NCBI RefSeq assembly: GCF_036971445.1 | Contig: NC_091471.1 | Coordinates: 2,852,001-2,916,000 of the forward strand | Direction: 5' to 3' | Length of the DNA stretch: 64,000 nucleotides | Source: Narcine bancroftii | Taxonomy: Eukaryota | Part shown: piece after piece, positions 52,173 through 63,435 of the stretch | Position numbering within the stretch: the first letter of the stretch is position 1 | Layout of the letters: each line of letters opens with the position of its first letter | Notes under the pieces: model-generated | The model's database searches: none | The model's input: only the letters and a program-made list of their open reading frames with translations | What the model was told of the DNA's origin: nothing | Made by a program: the position numbers and the translations under genes

Positions 52173-53929
52173 ATTGCCACTAATGTTGATGAAAGAAAAA
52201 TCAGTACCAACGATCATATTTGTCATTGTTCAAAATCAAATCACCTGCTCTCTAGCCATGTTAATGGTCTGGATTACAATTCAACCTGCTTTTTTTGATC
52301 ATGGTAGTTTTATGCTTTAGCCTGGAAGAGGTGTCATTCCTTCTGCAGCAAAGCTTTGGAGTCTATAACAGCAAACGCTTGTGCTTTAAGGGCAATGTGA
52401 TATGGTTCAAAAGATTCTCCTTGGTAACCTGGGCTTATCCTATTGATACACAAATTGATGGGTTGGAAACTGCTCTGAAATGGAGGAAAAGAGGCCACAA
52501 TGAGTTGGGCTGCCTTGTCAAATGTTTTAGCCAGTGTTGAGCTCCTCTAGTAATTTGAAAACTGACTGCAACTGTCCAAGGATATGTTACTTAGGAGTTC
52601 CTAGATCTTGAACTATCATGTGCTTATCAACCTAAGCGGTTATTTAATATGATGTGGAAAATGCTCATGGCTTTCCTTTCCTAGCTCAGGGCTATTGCCC
52701 TCTTTGTTACCTTCATTAATATTGACAAGTCTTCTGGAGGCAAGTAATCCCTATTCAAAGCAAATCCACCTGTGGATTGAACATTAAGATGGTGAATGGC
52801 AGTGATATTAAATTTGGATCCACATGTTAAATGCAGAAATGTTTGCAATAGAGTATTTTCAGACTATCAAAATAAGATATTTATCAGTCCGCTAATTGTT
52901 CTGAAGGATTTGGGAGATCGGAAATTTTAAAATAAGTGCACTATTTAAAAGGCCTACTGAAATAATTTGCATATTTTAGGTTAAATTGAAATAATTTGTG
53001 TATTCTCAGCACCGATGAGTCAAATCATCATTTTCCTAACTAAAATAGAGATGCAAGGGCCCCATCGAAAACTAAAAACCCTTGTTTGTATTTTTGAAGA
53101 AGTTATGGGAAGTGTGCGTCGACTCCTTGGGGGATTGGGAGTAAATTGATATGTTCCAAGCTTCTGGCTTTGATATGAAGAATTTTATTTAGAGTCAATG
53201 ATTCAGTTGGTCTTTTTTTTTTGTTCTATTTTGGTGCACTTAACTTAGATTATTAATAGATCAAAGGTATGGAAATTCAATCCAATTCATAAAATTAGGG
53301 TTTTTGTCCCCTGGTTCATAAAATCAATGTCTTGAGGAATTCTTCTGGTTTCAAGCATAATTTTCCATCTCATCCGCTGGTTTATCGGCTGAGAATTCCT
53401 GCTTAAAATCCAACCAACAGTGGAAAATTGCTCCACAGATGATGCCCGCTGGTGACCAATCGGTCTGGACGATGTGGTGGTCAACTGGATCCTGTGCCAC
53501 TAATTGGCAGCCCAAGAAGAAAATGCCTGAAGCCCTGAGATTCAGAGAACAACCCTTGGGTGTTTGCTTGGTGCAGAGTACTGGGCTCAAATTTACTCTC
53601 ATTAAAAAATCCCGTTTGTAGAATGGTGTAAAAGGCTAATTTTGTAGCAGCTTTGGTGCATTGATTTTACTCTCTAGAGAATCCATGCTGAGTACAACAC
53701 GAACTTCGTTTGGTTTTGCCAACATGATATTAATTCAAATCTAAATTTACCAGAATCAACTTTTTAATAATGTATTTGGGCTTATTATGTTAAAACAGTG
53801 TGGTTTTGCACCAGAGTTACGCAGACGGTTCTGTGCGCTCGTGTTCATCCATCTCTCATTGAAAATACACGGAAACACCAAGGCTTCCTTTTGGAGTTTT
53901 GGGAAGTGTATTAAATGGGACTGTAAAAA

Positions 53930-54160
53930 GGTGGCACGGTTAGTGTAGCAGTTAGCACAACGCTATTGCAGTGCCAGCGACCTTTGTTCGATTCCAGCGC
54001 TACCTGTAAGGATTTTGTACGTTCTCCCCGTGTCGTGTGGGTTTTCCCCGGGGGGGGAGGGGTTCCGGTTTCCTCAAGCTTCAAAACGTACCAGGGGTTG
54101 TAGGTGAATTGGGTGGCACGGGTGTCAAAGGGCAGAACTGGCTTTGTATCGTTAAACAAA
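53930..54160 (+). mobile_element. tRNA-derived V-SINE-like SINE
   Basis: tRNA-like head with B-box GTTCGATTCC, core GTACGTTCTCCCCGTG...GTGGGTTTTCCCCGGG, A-rich end. Confidence 0.75.
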
Positions 54161-54257
54161 AAGTTTGATTAAATTGACGTAAGTAAATAATATCTGTGCT
54201 TGTTAGATTTCCATCAATTTTGTGTTAAAAGACTTTTTCCTATCTTTGTGTTCACAG

Positions 54258-54319
54258 GATTGGGATCGTCACAACAAGACATCTGTCCACAATGATAGCT
54301 GCCGTCTTTTGCTCAAAGA
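54258..54319 (+). CDS. ZNF638: ZNF638-like exon 3 (DWDRHNKTSVHNDSCRLLLK; second half of Matrin-type zinc finger)
   Basis: TTCACAG| ... |GTAAGA; 62 nt, phase 0 to 2; supplies the H-x5-H-x3-C residues. Confidence 0.92.
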
Positions 54320-54605
54320 GTAAGATTTTTCACAAGTTTGTGCTCCATTTGTTTTAAGGGTTACCAGTTATAGAAAATCTCTTCAGTTAAATAGAGTTTA
54401 AATGTATGTATTTTTCTCTGCTCTCTTCTCCTGTGACCAGAGTTGCCAATGTTTTGCAACTATCGGATGTTTTTCTGTAACTACCCAAATACATTTATAA
54501 TTCGTTTTTTAAACAAGTGGTAGTGGAATGCCGAACTTGCACTAGGAATATAATCCCGGCAACTGTGAACCCAAACGAAGGATGGGAGCTGGTTATTCAT
54601 CGTAA

Positions 54606-57121
54606 GCCCCTTTCACACTTGTAAGTTGTCCCAGGAATTAACAGCCAATTGGCCTAAAAAGGGTCGAATGTGAAAGCAAAATCTTCTCAATGCTGGCGTG
54701 AAATAATGTCATCTCACGCTGGGGGTAGACTGTCTTGACTCTATAGACACCGGCGTTGCAATCAGGCAAATGTAGAATGGGGAATTGCATTCTGGGATAG
54801 AAATGACCCAAGTTTTTGCATAAGTGCAGGAACATGAAGGAAGAAAAGATTAAAATGAATGTTTAAACTTTGCCATGGAAAATAAATAGCAATAGCAGAT
54901 CATTTTTAAGCAGCGTGGGAAAGTTGATAGCACTTTTGCACACAATTTATAGACTGTGGGGGGGAAGCGATGGCTTCCCAGAACGCTGTGCGGCAGAGAA
55001 ACCCCTCCATGATTGCTCCATGCATGCAGCTGTGCATACAGCACTTTCTCTCGCACAGCATTCTGGGAGAGCAGGTCTGCCATCGCTTTTTCCCCTCCAC
55101 AGTATTTCTGTATTGTGCACTATATGGGCATGTGAATTTTCCGCGGATTTCCGGGTTTTTAAAATCCACCTCTACATTTGATCAATGCTCTCCCGGCCTG
55201 CTCTGGCTCCCTCTGCTTGTTCTCCCGGCCCGCTCTGGCTCCCTCTGCTTGTTCTGTTCAGTGCTAGGATGTTGTTCTGCTGACTTCGGCTGACACGTTT
55301 CCTGAAGTATAACAGTGGTGGCGCATTCCTATGCACTCCTTGGTTGCAATGCCATGCTGTTTCTGCCAGCGGGACTCCCTTGTGTTTTTACCCATATCTC
55401 GAAAACCATGTGTGAAGAAACGATTGGGAAAGACTAATTGCTTTTAAGGTTAGCTGAAGAAAAACCCTGAGTAATAGCGCAAAGAAATGGTTACGGATTG
55501 GGCAGAGGTGCTGCCTGGGGATTGGGTTCTGGGTAGTACTTACTACTTGAGGATTGGATGCAAGTTGAGCAAGGGCACTGCTAGGCATGTTGGGTGCTAG
55601 TTATGGGCAAGAACTGCTTTGGGTCAGGAGAAGCAGACTCTGGTTTGAGTGATGATGTGGAAAGGGCTCCTCTGGTACAGTTGGTAGTGTCTGATATATT
55701 GTACTTACTGTAAAAAAAAGAATTGATTTTGTTTAAAATGACTAGTGTTTTAATTGGCTTGAAACTTGTAATTTTTTTGTGTACATTTTCAAAAATTTTC
55801 AAAATGGGGGTGCTGCCCTCAACCCCACCCCCCTCCGGCAAGAGGTGCTGCGGTACGCCTCGCGCAAGCACTTTGCTCTTTTCCTTTTTTTAATTTCACT
55901 CACGTGCCTGGCTAAGGCGCTGCCAACTTTCCCACCCTGTTTAAAAATTGTCCGCTATTGCTATTTATTGCTAGCATTTTCTCACGGTCCCTTATAAAGG
56001 TTTCTATAGGTCGCCACAACAACAAAAGGGGCTGAAGGGCTCCTATTGCACTGTTTCTTTTCTTTGGCTTGGCTTCGCGGACGAAGATTTATGGAGGCGT
56101 AAATGTCCACGTCAGCTGCAGGCTCGTTTGTGGCTGACAAGTCCGATGCGGGACAGGCAGACACGGTTGCAGTGGTTGCAAGGGAAAATTGGTGGGTTGG
56201 GGTTGGGTGTTGGGTTTTTCCTCCTTTGTCTTTTGTCAGTGAGGTGGGCTCTGCAGTCTTCTTCAAAGGAGGTTGCTGCCCGCCGAACTGTGAGGCGCCA
56301 AGATGCACGGTTTGAGATGATATCAGCCCACTGGCGGTGGTCAATGTGGCAGGCACCAAGAGATTTCTTTAGGCAGTCCTTGTACCTCTTCTTTGGTGCA
56401 CCTCTGACATGATAGCCAGTGGAGAGCTCGCCATATAACACGATCTTGGGAAGGTGATGGTCCTCCATTCTGGAGACGTGACCTACCCAGCGCAGTTGGA
56501 TCTTCAGCAGCGTGGATTCGATGCTGTCGGCCTCTCCCATCTCGAGTACTTTGATGTTGGAGATGAAGTCGCTCCAATAAATGTTGAGGATGGAGCGGAG
56601 ACAACGCTGGTGGAAGCGTTCTAGGAGCCGTAGGTGATGCCAATAAAGGATCCATGATTCGGAGCCGAACAGGAGTGTGGGTATGACAGTGGCTCTGTAT
56701 ACGCTAATCTTTGTGAGGTTTTTCAGTTGGTTGTTTTTCCAGACTCTTTTGTGTAGTCTTCCAAAGGCGCTATTTGCCTTGGCGAGTCTGTTGTCTATCT
56801 CGTTGTCGATCCTTGCATCCGATGAAATGGATGCACTGTACATAAAGCTTAATTGTGTTATAATTAGGCATGATTAATTTTGTTCAAATATAAGATCATA
56901 ATATATTGATCAGGATTTAGGGCAGGTCCACCATCGTTCAATGCGTTGTGACGTCACCAGTAGAAGGTAGAATAGCCTTAACCCCGGGGATGGCTCCTTG
57001 CAAGTGTGAATGCGTGCAGTGACCCAGTTAACAGTGGTCAAGTGTGAAAAGCCAAACCCCCCCCCATCCCTATCCTGGGACACTGAAAGCTGATTTAATG
57101 GGATGCAAATGTAAAAGGGGC
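54606..57121. mobile_element. Non-autonomous PIF/Harbinger-like element hosting an RTE insertion
   Basis: TIRs GCCCCTTTCACACTTG / CAAATGTAAAAGGGGC; flanks TAA and TAT. Confidence 0.65.
56055..56830 (-). mobile_element. RTE-clade LINE, 5'-truncated, open ORF C-terminus
   Basis: ORF 56112-56843 (EIDNRLAKANSAFGRL...CNHCNRVCLSRIGLVSHKRAC); TSD TGCACTGT at 56047-56054 and 56832-56839. Confidence 0.92.
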
Positions 57122-57214
57122 TATTATTAGGATGAATTATGTAGGATTATTGGTTGTGTTGCCTGTGATGTTTGCAGTCACTCCTTGCTAAATTGAAACT
57201 GTTTTGCATCATAG

Positions 57215-57253
57215 GTATCCAGATTGGGACCCAGATGCTGTTCCTCCAACGAA
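57215..57253 (+). CDS. ZNF638: ZNF638-like exon 4 (E-YPDWDPDAVPPT)
   Basis: CATCATAG| ... |GTATGT; 39 nt, phase 2 to 2; YPDW-x-P motif typical of the family after the zinc finger. Confidence 0.92.
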
Positions 57254-57551
57254 GTATGTTCCTTTTTAATAAATAGTCTACCATTGCGTTTCCTGGGGCA
57301 GTAGGGTTGGATGGGGCCATTGAAACCTTAAACCTTTGGGTTGTTACAAGGTTTTGAGGTTGGATCATCCTGAAATATAAACATAACTCCCTGATTTTCA
57401 CATTCTACAAGCTGTTTTCTTAAGCCTCTCAAACCTTGCCAACCCTCACTTTCAATGAAAGTTCAAGAAACTGGTGTAAAAGAACTTTATTTGAGCTTAC
57501 TAGGTCAATGCTGTATTGTTAACCCAAGCTCTGAACTTGCACCATCTAGAC

Positions 57552-57912
57552 CAGTGATTCTCAACCATTTTATTTCCATCCACATACCACTTTAAGTAAT
57601 CCCTATGCCATAGGTGCTGTGTGATTAGTAAGGGATTATGTGGGTGGGAAGAAAGTTTGAAAACCACTGCTTTAATCGTCCCTCATTGACTCGTTAGGTG
57701 CAGGGTTTCATAACTCCAAAGGAAATGGGCCAATGACAATTTTTCCCAAGCAAAATATTTCAGTAACAACTGGGTCTAGAGCACTGATTCTCAACCTTCC
57801 CTTCCCACTCGAATCCCACCTTAAGCAACCCCTTACTAATCACAGAGCACTTTTGGCACAGGAATGACTTAAAGTGGAATATGAGTGGAAAGAAAAAGGT
57901 TGAGAATCACTG
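57552..57912. mobile_element. hAT (Charlie-type) composite MITE
   Basis: Perfect TIR CAGTGATTCTCAACC; perfect 8-bp TSD ATCTAGAC (57544-57551, 57913-57920). Confidence 0.92.
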
Positions 57913-58350
57913 ATCTAGACTCATGTATGAAGTTCACATCTCTTGCTCTCTTGGTTCTGTTCTCACCGGCTTCCTAATAACTGTGTTTTCTAATGTTGTC
58001 TGGTGTTTCTTTCATCTGGGATTGTCAATCCATGTAAATATGTGATTTTAAGTCCTTTCCAAAAAATGTTCCTGGCTGAGGAGGGATTTAGAAATTTTGG
58101 ATAACTCAAGGATGTGCTATTAGATTTTTTTTGGAAAATTCTATTTATTAATCATGATAAACCGTACAATTAAAAAAATACAGCGTAAGGATAAAGAGAA
58201 TACATGCAAGATATTTTTAATGTAATAATACCTCCCTCTTGTGCTATTAGATTGAGAGAAAAATCAGAATTCTTTAGAATTTTCAGTGCCCAAAGCTGGT
58301 GCCAGATCATTTTGCCATGGAAGTCATTTTTCTTTTCCATTTGCTCCCAG

Positions 58351-58892
58351 AGAGGAACTTGCCAAGAAAGAGAAAGAAGCAGCAGCTGCAGGACAGGCCA
58401 CTCCATCCTTCAGTACAGCTCGGATCAGCCCAAAGCATCTCAGCCCACGTCGCATGAGCCCTCACAGAACCAGTCCGAGGCGTTCTAGCCCTCACAAGCC
58501 TAGCCCGAGGCATCTGAGCCCTCGCAAAAACAGTCCGAGGCGCTTCAGCCCACACCGCTCCCGCTCCAGTCCGAGGCGCAGCAGCCCTTACCGGTCCCGA
58601 TCCAGCCCCAGGCATGCCAGCCCGTACAGGTCAAGGTCTAGCCCAAGGCGCATGAGCCCTCATAGGTCCAGGCCGAGGCGTCTGAGTCCCCACAAATCTA
58701 GGTCTAGCCCGCCAAAGTCTAGCCCTCGCAAGCCCAACCCCAAACATAAAAGCCAGAAGGAAATGCCTGCTAAGAATTCTAACCAGAAGGCACCAGTGAG
58801 CCAGTTGACAAATCAGAAGCCTCCAAATCAGAAGATTATGAAGCAACCTGCCAAAACCAGCAAATCCTTTGCTGAAGCAAAACGCAATGCAG
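58351..58892 (+). CDS. ZNF638: ZNF638-like exon 5 (RS/SP-repeat domain and Lys-rich linker)
   Basis: CTTTTCCATTTGCTCCCAG| ... GCAG|GTATTG; 542 nt, phase 2 to 1; SPRR/RSRS repeats. Confidence 0.88.
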
Positions 58893-59085
58893 GTATTGTA
58901 TCTAATGCCCTTTGTTTGATGTTGGCTTGAGGCCTGGCCATCCATATTATGTATGGGTCTTTCAGTATTGTTTTTATAAAAATAGAATATGGTTGCATCA
59001 TACCTTCAGCACCATGAGATACATCATTCAGCAGATGATTTGGCTTGCATTTAAGGTGAGGGGGTAGGTACCTGAAAAGAGTCTT

Positions 59086-59951
59086 TTTTAAAACTTTTGG
59101 CAACTTTTATTTAGCAACAGATCCTCAGTTGTGCCAGTTTACATGTTTTTCCTTATTTTAATAGAAACCAGGTACAAAGTTTGTTTCACATTTGATTTAC
59201 TTCTTCCACTTAATTCACAAACAAGTCAACACCATTTAAAATTGACGTCACCAAAACAGATTCACAATTGGGGAAAAGATCATCTAGAGAAAAGCATCGG
59301 CGTGATGAAAATGGAATGGTTGGCACACTGATTTCCTGAGGTGTGCTGTCCTAGCTGCTCTCTCCTAGTGTATGCTTGTCAAACAGATACTCGGCCATGC
59401 CAGACTGAGGAGTAGTGAGTCTCCAGGAAGTCACACATATGAGGGTCATTCTTGTCAGAAGCAAGTTTGTGGAGATCCAGGAGAGACTGGTTGACGGTCT
59501 TTTCCAGGTGCAGGGCGCACTGCAAGGCTTCGAGACCATTGCCCCACTCGTCCCGGTCAGGTTTCGAAACGTCCTGGAGAATCACACGTCCCCCACGCTG
59601 GTTCTGAAACTTGATCAGTTTCTCCATGTGCTCCCGCTCCTCGTGGGGCTGATCCAAGAAGAACTTGCGAAGTTCTTCAATGCCACATCATCCCGATCAA
59701 AGTAAGCTGACATAGACAGGTAGACGTAGGAAGCATAAAGCTCCATGTTGATCTGCCGGTTGACGCTGGCTTCGCAATCCAGGTGGTAATTCTGGCGCAC
59801 TTGGGAAGTCATCTCTTCTGCACTGGCTCCGATACAAAACAGTTGCTCAAATCAAAAAAGAGATGAAAGTATTTCTTGAAGGCGAGGTTTGAAGGGGGGG
59901 GGGGTCTATTCCGTTCAAACACTGTTGAAGCAAGAATACAACCCGGGTTCC
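59086..59951 (-). pseudogene. FTH1: Processed ferritin heavy-chain pseudogene (CDS remnant 59351-59812)
   Basis: Intronless [10 protein letters not shown]...[15 protein letters not shown]; 1-nt frameshift near 59665; internal deletion after ETHY; AATAAA (59106-59111); short poly(A); 11-bp TSD AAAAGAGTCTT (59075-59085, 59952-59962). The H versus M subunit call is not certain. Confidence 0.92.
59907..59938 (-). promoter_or_regulatory. Iron-responsive element (ferritin-type IRE)
   Basis: Minus strand TATTCTTGCTTCAA-CAGTGT-TTGAACGGAATA: CAGUGN loop, 5-bp upper stem TTCAA/TTGAA, UGC/C bulge, lower stem. Confidence 0.95.
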
Positions 59952-61329
59952 AAAAGAGTCTTCTTGATGAACTCTTAAATATGTAGGGAATGGAGGGATA
60001 TTAAGTTATGGGCAAGTAGAAGAGAGTTAGTTCAATGCGGCTTCGTGTTCAGCCACAGACATTGAGGGCTAAAGGGCCTTTCCTTGGGCTGTATTGTCCA
60101 CATTTGACAGTGGCAGCTTTATTTCTCATTTTCGTAGAAAACATCACATTTGAGTTGTTTCTAAAATTCTTTCTGTAACCAATTTCCTAAGGATGCAAGT
60201 AGAAGCAGGAATTGGCCCTTCTCTCCTTGTTCCTGCTCGTCACCAGTAATGTCCTGGACCATATTTAATCTCAGTGCTAATTTCCTGTATTACCTTGATT
60301 CCTATATTATTCAAAATATGTTCAAGTTTATTCTCACATTCTACCTGGTACAACGAGAAGGTTTTGTTTCTTGAGCAGGTCAACAAGTCCACTCTTGCAT
60401 TCATACTGCGGCATAAAGAGAAAGAGCACATTCTAGCCATGTTAGAGCGACAGATCAATTAATGGGCCACATGAGATAACTATTGTGAGGTTCATTCAGG
60501 AGCCTGATAGCTGAATGGAAGAAACTAACTTTGGTGTGTGATTCACAAGTTGGAATCTTCTCCCTGATGAGAGAAATCTTTTGTCTTAAATATTCACACG
60601 GTTTGAAGATTGTCTGGTTTTGGAGACTTTCATACTAGCTGAGGGAATAATCACTGGAATTATCCTGTTTATTTTTGCAAAATTACCTCTCATTTCTTCA
60701 GCTCCATCTAGTCTTCTTAGTTTCCCTCAAAAGGTTCCTCAACAATTTTAATTGACTTGAAATGCAGGAAACAGCAGATGCTGGAAACTTGAGCAAAGAC
60801 ATGAGAAGCTGGTGGGACAGGCAGCATCCATGGTGAAAAATGGGCAGTCAATAAAGGTCCCTGACCCAAAACATTAAACTATCCATTTCTCTCCCGGGAT
60901 TCACCCTGGGGTACAGGTTCCTCCAGCTTCTCTCCAATTCAGATGACCTTTCAGTGCTCCCACCACAAGTACGTCCTTGAGTCAGGGTGAATAGGTGCAC
61001 ACATGATTCTGTGTCCAGTCTCACCAACCTCCTTCGTAATTTCAGTCATCCATCTTCACCTTTTGCCTCTCCTCATAGTAAAGGCCAGTGTACATTATGT
61101 CTAAAAGTGTGGGTTAACCTTCTAATGATTTCTGTAGCAGGATAATCCAAGTCCCTCTAAGCACAGAACGTGTTTCAGTGACTTGTGAACAGCAAAAAAA
61201 ACCAGCTGATGCTGAAGATATGAAGCAAAAACAAAACAAGCTGGAAAGGTGCAGTAGGTCGGGTAGCATGTGTGGAAGGGAAAACACAGTTGGGTTTTCA
61301 GATTAAAGACCTTTTGTCAGAACCTAAAA

Positions 61330-62120
61330 CCCAACGCTGGAGAAACTCCGCAGGTCAAACAGTGTACTTTATTCTTCTTTGGCTTGGCTTCGCGGACGAA
61401 GATTTATGGAGGGGGTAAATGTCCACGTCAGCTGCAGGCTCGTTTGTGGCTGACAAGTCTGATGCGGGACAGGCAGACACGGTTGCAGCGGTTGCAGGGG
61501 AAAATTGGGTGTTGGGTTTTTCCTCCTTTGCCTTTTGTCAGTGAGGTGGGCTCTGCGGCCTTCTTCAAAGGAGGTTGCTGCCCGCCGAACTGTGGGGCGC
61601 CAAGATGTACGGTTGGAGGCGAGATCAGCCCACTGGCGGTGGTCAATGTGGCAGGCACTTTATTTATATAGCAAAGATAAAGAGACAGAACCAACGTTTT
61701 GGTCTTGAGCATCAAGGTATGAGCAAAACGTAGCCAGGCACTTGAACAAAATGGTGGGGACTGGGGGAGGAGCACAGTCCCACAGGCAGGAGGTAAGCAG
61801 GGGAAAGGGAAAGGGGATGGAGAGCTGGTGGATAGGAGATAGAGGGTTAGGGAAGAGAGGGCGAGCAGGGAGCTAGCAGAAACTGGAGAAGTCGATATTA
61901 ATGCCATCTGGTTGGAGTGTGTCCAGACAGAATATTAGGTGTTGCTCTTTCATTTTACAGGCAGCCTTGGGTTGGCAGTGCTTGAGGCCATGGACAGACC
62001 TGTCAGACATTTTGTTTGAAGCTTGATGAAGGGCTCAAGTCCAAAACATTGGTTTTGTATATAGTTTGACCTGCTGAGTTTCTCCAGCTTTGCGTTTTTA
62101 CTTCAGTCGCAGTGTCTGGA
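61330..62120. mobile_element. Penelope-associated repeat fragments, interrupted by an RTE copy
   Basis: GCTGGAGAAACTC...GCAGGTCAAAC termini as at 2917, present in both orientations. Confidence 0.55.
61374..61656 (-). mobile_element. RTE-clade LINE 3' fragment
   Basis: Near-identical to the other RTE copies; TSD ACTTTATT at 61366-61373 and 61657-61664. Confidence 0.9.
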
Positions 62121-62231
62121 CTTTCACGATGTACTCCTTTGCCAGAACTGTTTAAATTTTTTTCCGGAGATGAGCTGGTAATTTGTTGATGATCCTGGAA
62201 AGTCCGATTTTGACTTGAGTTCTGGTTGCAG

Positions 62232-62296
62232 GTCCTGCTGCCTCTTCTGCCCTGGCAGAGAAACCTGCTGCTCAACAGGAGGCAAATGCTCAGCAG
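62232..62296 (+). CDS. ZNF638: ZNF638-like exon 6 (GPAASSALAEKPAAQQEANAQQ)
   Basis: TTCTGGTTGCAG| ... CAG|GTGAGC; 65 nt, phase 1 to 0, exactly bridging the phases of exons 5 and 7. Confidence 0.75.
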
Positions 62297-62544
62297 GTGA
62301 GCTCAACCCTTCTTCTCACTGCAGAATTGTAGGGGCCAACTCTTGCTTTATTACTGTCAATGACGTGTTGTAAAGTGTCAGTTCTGCATGGTCTGAAGCA
62401 CTGATGTATCGTCTGAAGGTTCATTGCTTCTGTGCATTTGGTGGCAAGTGTTGGGTGGGCTCGGTCTAATGGGGGAGGGCACTGTTAAATGCAATATTCC
62501 TTTTAATTTTATTGGAGTGCTGACTGTTGCGTTGCTTTTAAAAG

Positions 62545-62685
62545 ATGAATGAAATGCGGAAGAGTGAGCGTGTGGTTCGCGTCACTGACCTGCCACATGA
62601 CGGCTACACTGAAGAAGACCTCTCTAAACTGACCCAGCCCTTTGGAAAAGTCACTAGCATTAAGCTGGTCCGCTCTAAAAACGAG
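62545..62685 (+). CDS. ZNF638: ZNF638-like exon 7 (N-terminal half of RRM1)
   Basis: TTTTAAAAG| ... GAG|GTAAAG; 141 nt; RVVRVTDLPHDGYTEEDLSKLTQPFGKV is a Matrin/PTB-type RRM start. Confidence 0.92.
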
Positions 62686-63435
62686 GTAAAGTTGCATTTC
62701 AAATGGAGCAAAGTATGCGCAAGTCCAATCAAGGCTATGTTCATATTCACAATGGATATTCCCCCAAGGATGAAACAATTCAAGTTCAGGGTGGCACTTT
62801 GAGTGACGTATATAAAGAAAGTGTGGAAGGGTGGTCATCAAGATTGTGAATGGGTGATTATAGATGATGTTCTGGAGCTGTTTTCTTGTTCTCCCTGTGC
62901 CTTTAAGGTTTCCTCAAGAGCTCCAGTTTCCTCCCTGTGCCAAGGACATGCAGATTGGTATATTAATTTGGCCACTGCAAATTGTCCCGAGAGTGTGGCT
63001 GAGGGAATGAGGGAATTGATGGATGGGGAGAATAAAATGGAAGTGTGATGTAGGATTATGTAAATAGATGCTTGATGGTTGGCATAGAGTTATTGGGCTG
63101 AAGGGCCTTTTCTAGGTTTGTGCAAAGGTGCAGCTAGAAGGACACCTTGAGTTTGATCCTGATCTTTGGTGCTGTCTGTGTGGAGTTTACATGTTCTTCC
63201 TGCAACCATATGGGTATCGGCTGGGTCAAAGTCAGTATAGAATAGGGTCTTTGGCCAAACTCATCCAGTTCAACCAAGTTGACATTCTGGGCTAGTCCCA
63301 TTTGCCTGCATTGAGTTCATATCCTTCTAACCTATTCCTATCCATATAACTGTCCATGTGCAGATTGAACATTGTAATTGCACTTGGTTCTAAAGCTTTT
63401 CCTCGCCACCTTGTTCCAGTTATGAACCAAACTTG

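Noticed and set aside
51373-52226. Minus-strand ORFs of 177-266 aa, and box C-like GTGATGA in the first repeat units
   Set aside because: The ORFs are minisatellite translations, and I found no properly placed box D with a terminal stem to support a snoRNA.
53930-54010. tRNA gene (also 63920-64000)
   Set aside because: A/B-box-like motifs run into a SINE body and I could not fold a cloverleaf.
59351-59812. Functional ferritin gene
   Set aside because: It has a frameshift, an internal deletion, no introns, a poly(A) remnant and a TSD, which indicate a processed pseudogene.
59952-59958. CTCTTTT at the 5' end of the ferritin retrocopy as a 5' TOP motif
   Set aside because: It lies within the 11-bp target-site duplication, so it is most simply host sequence.
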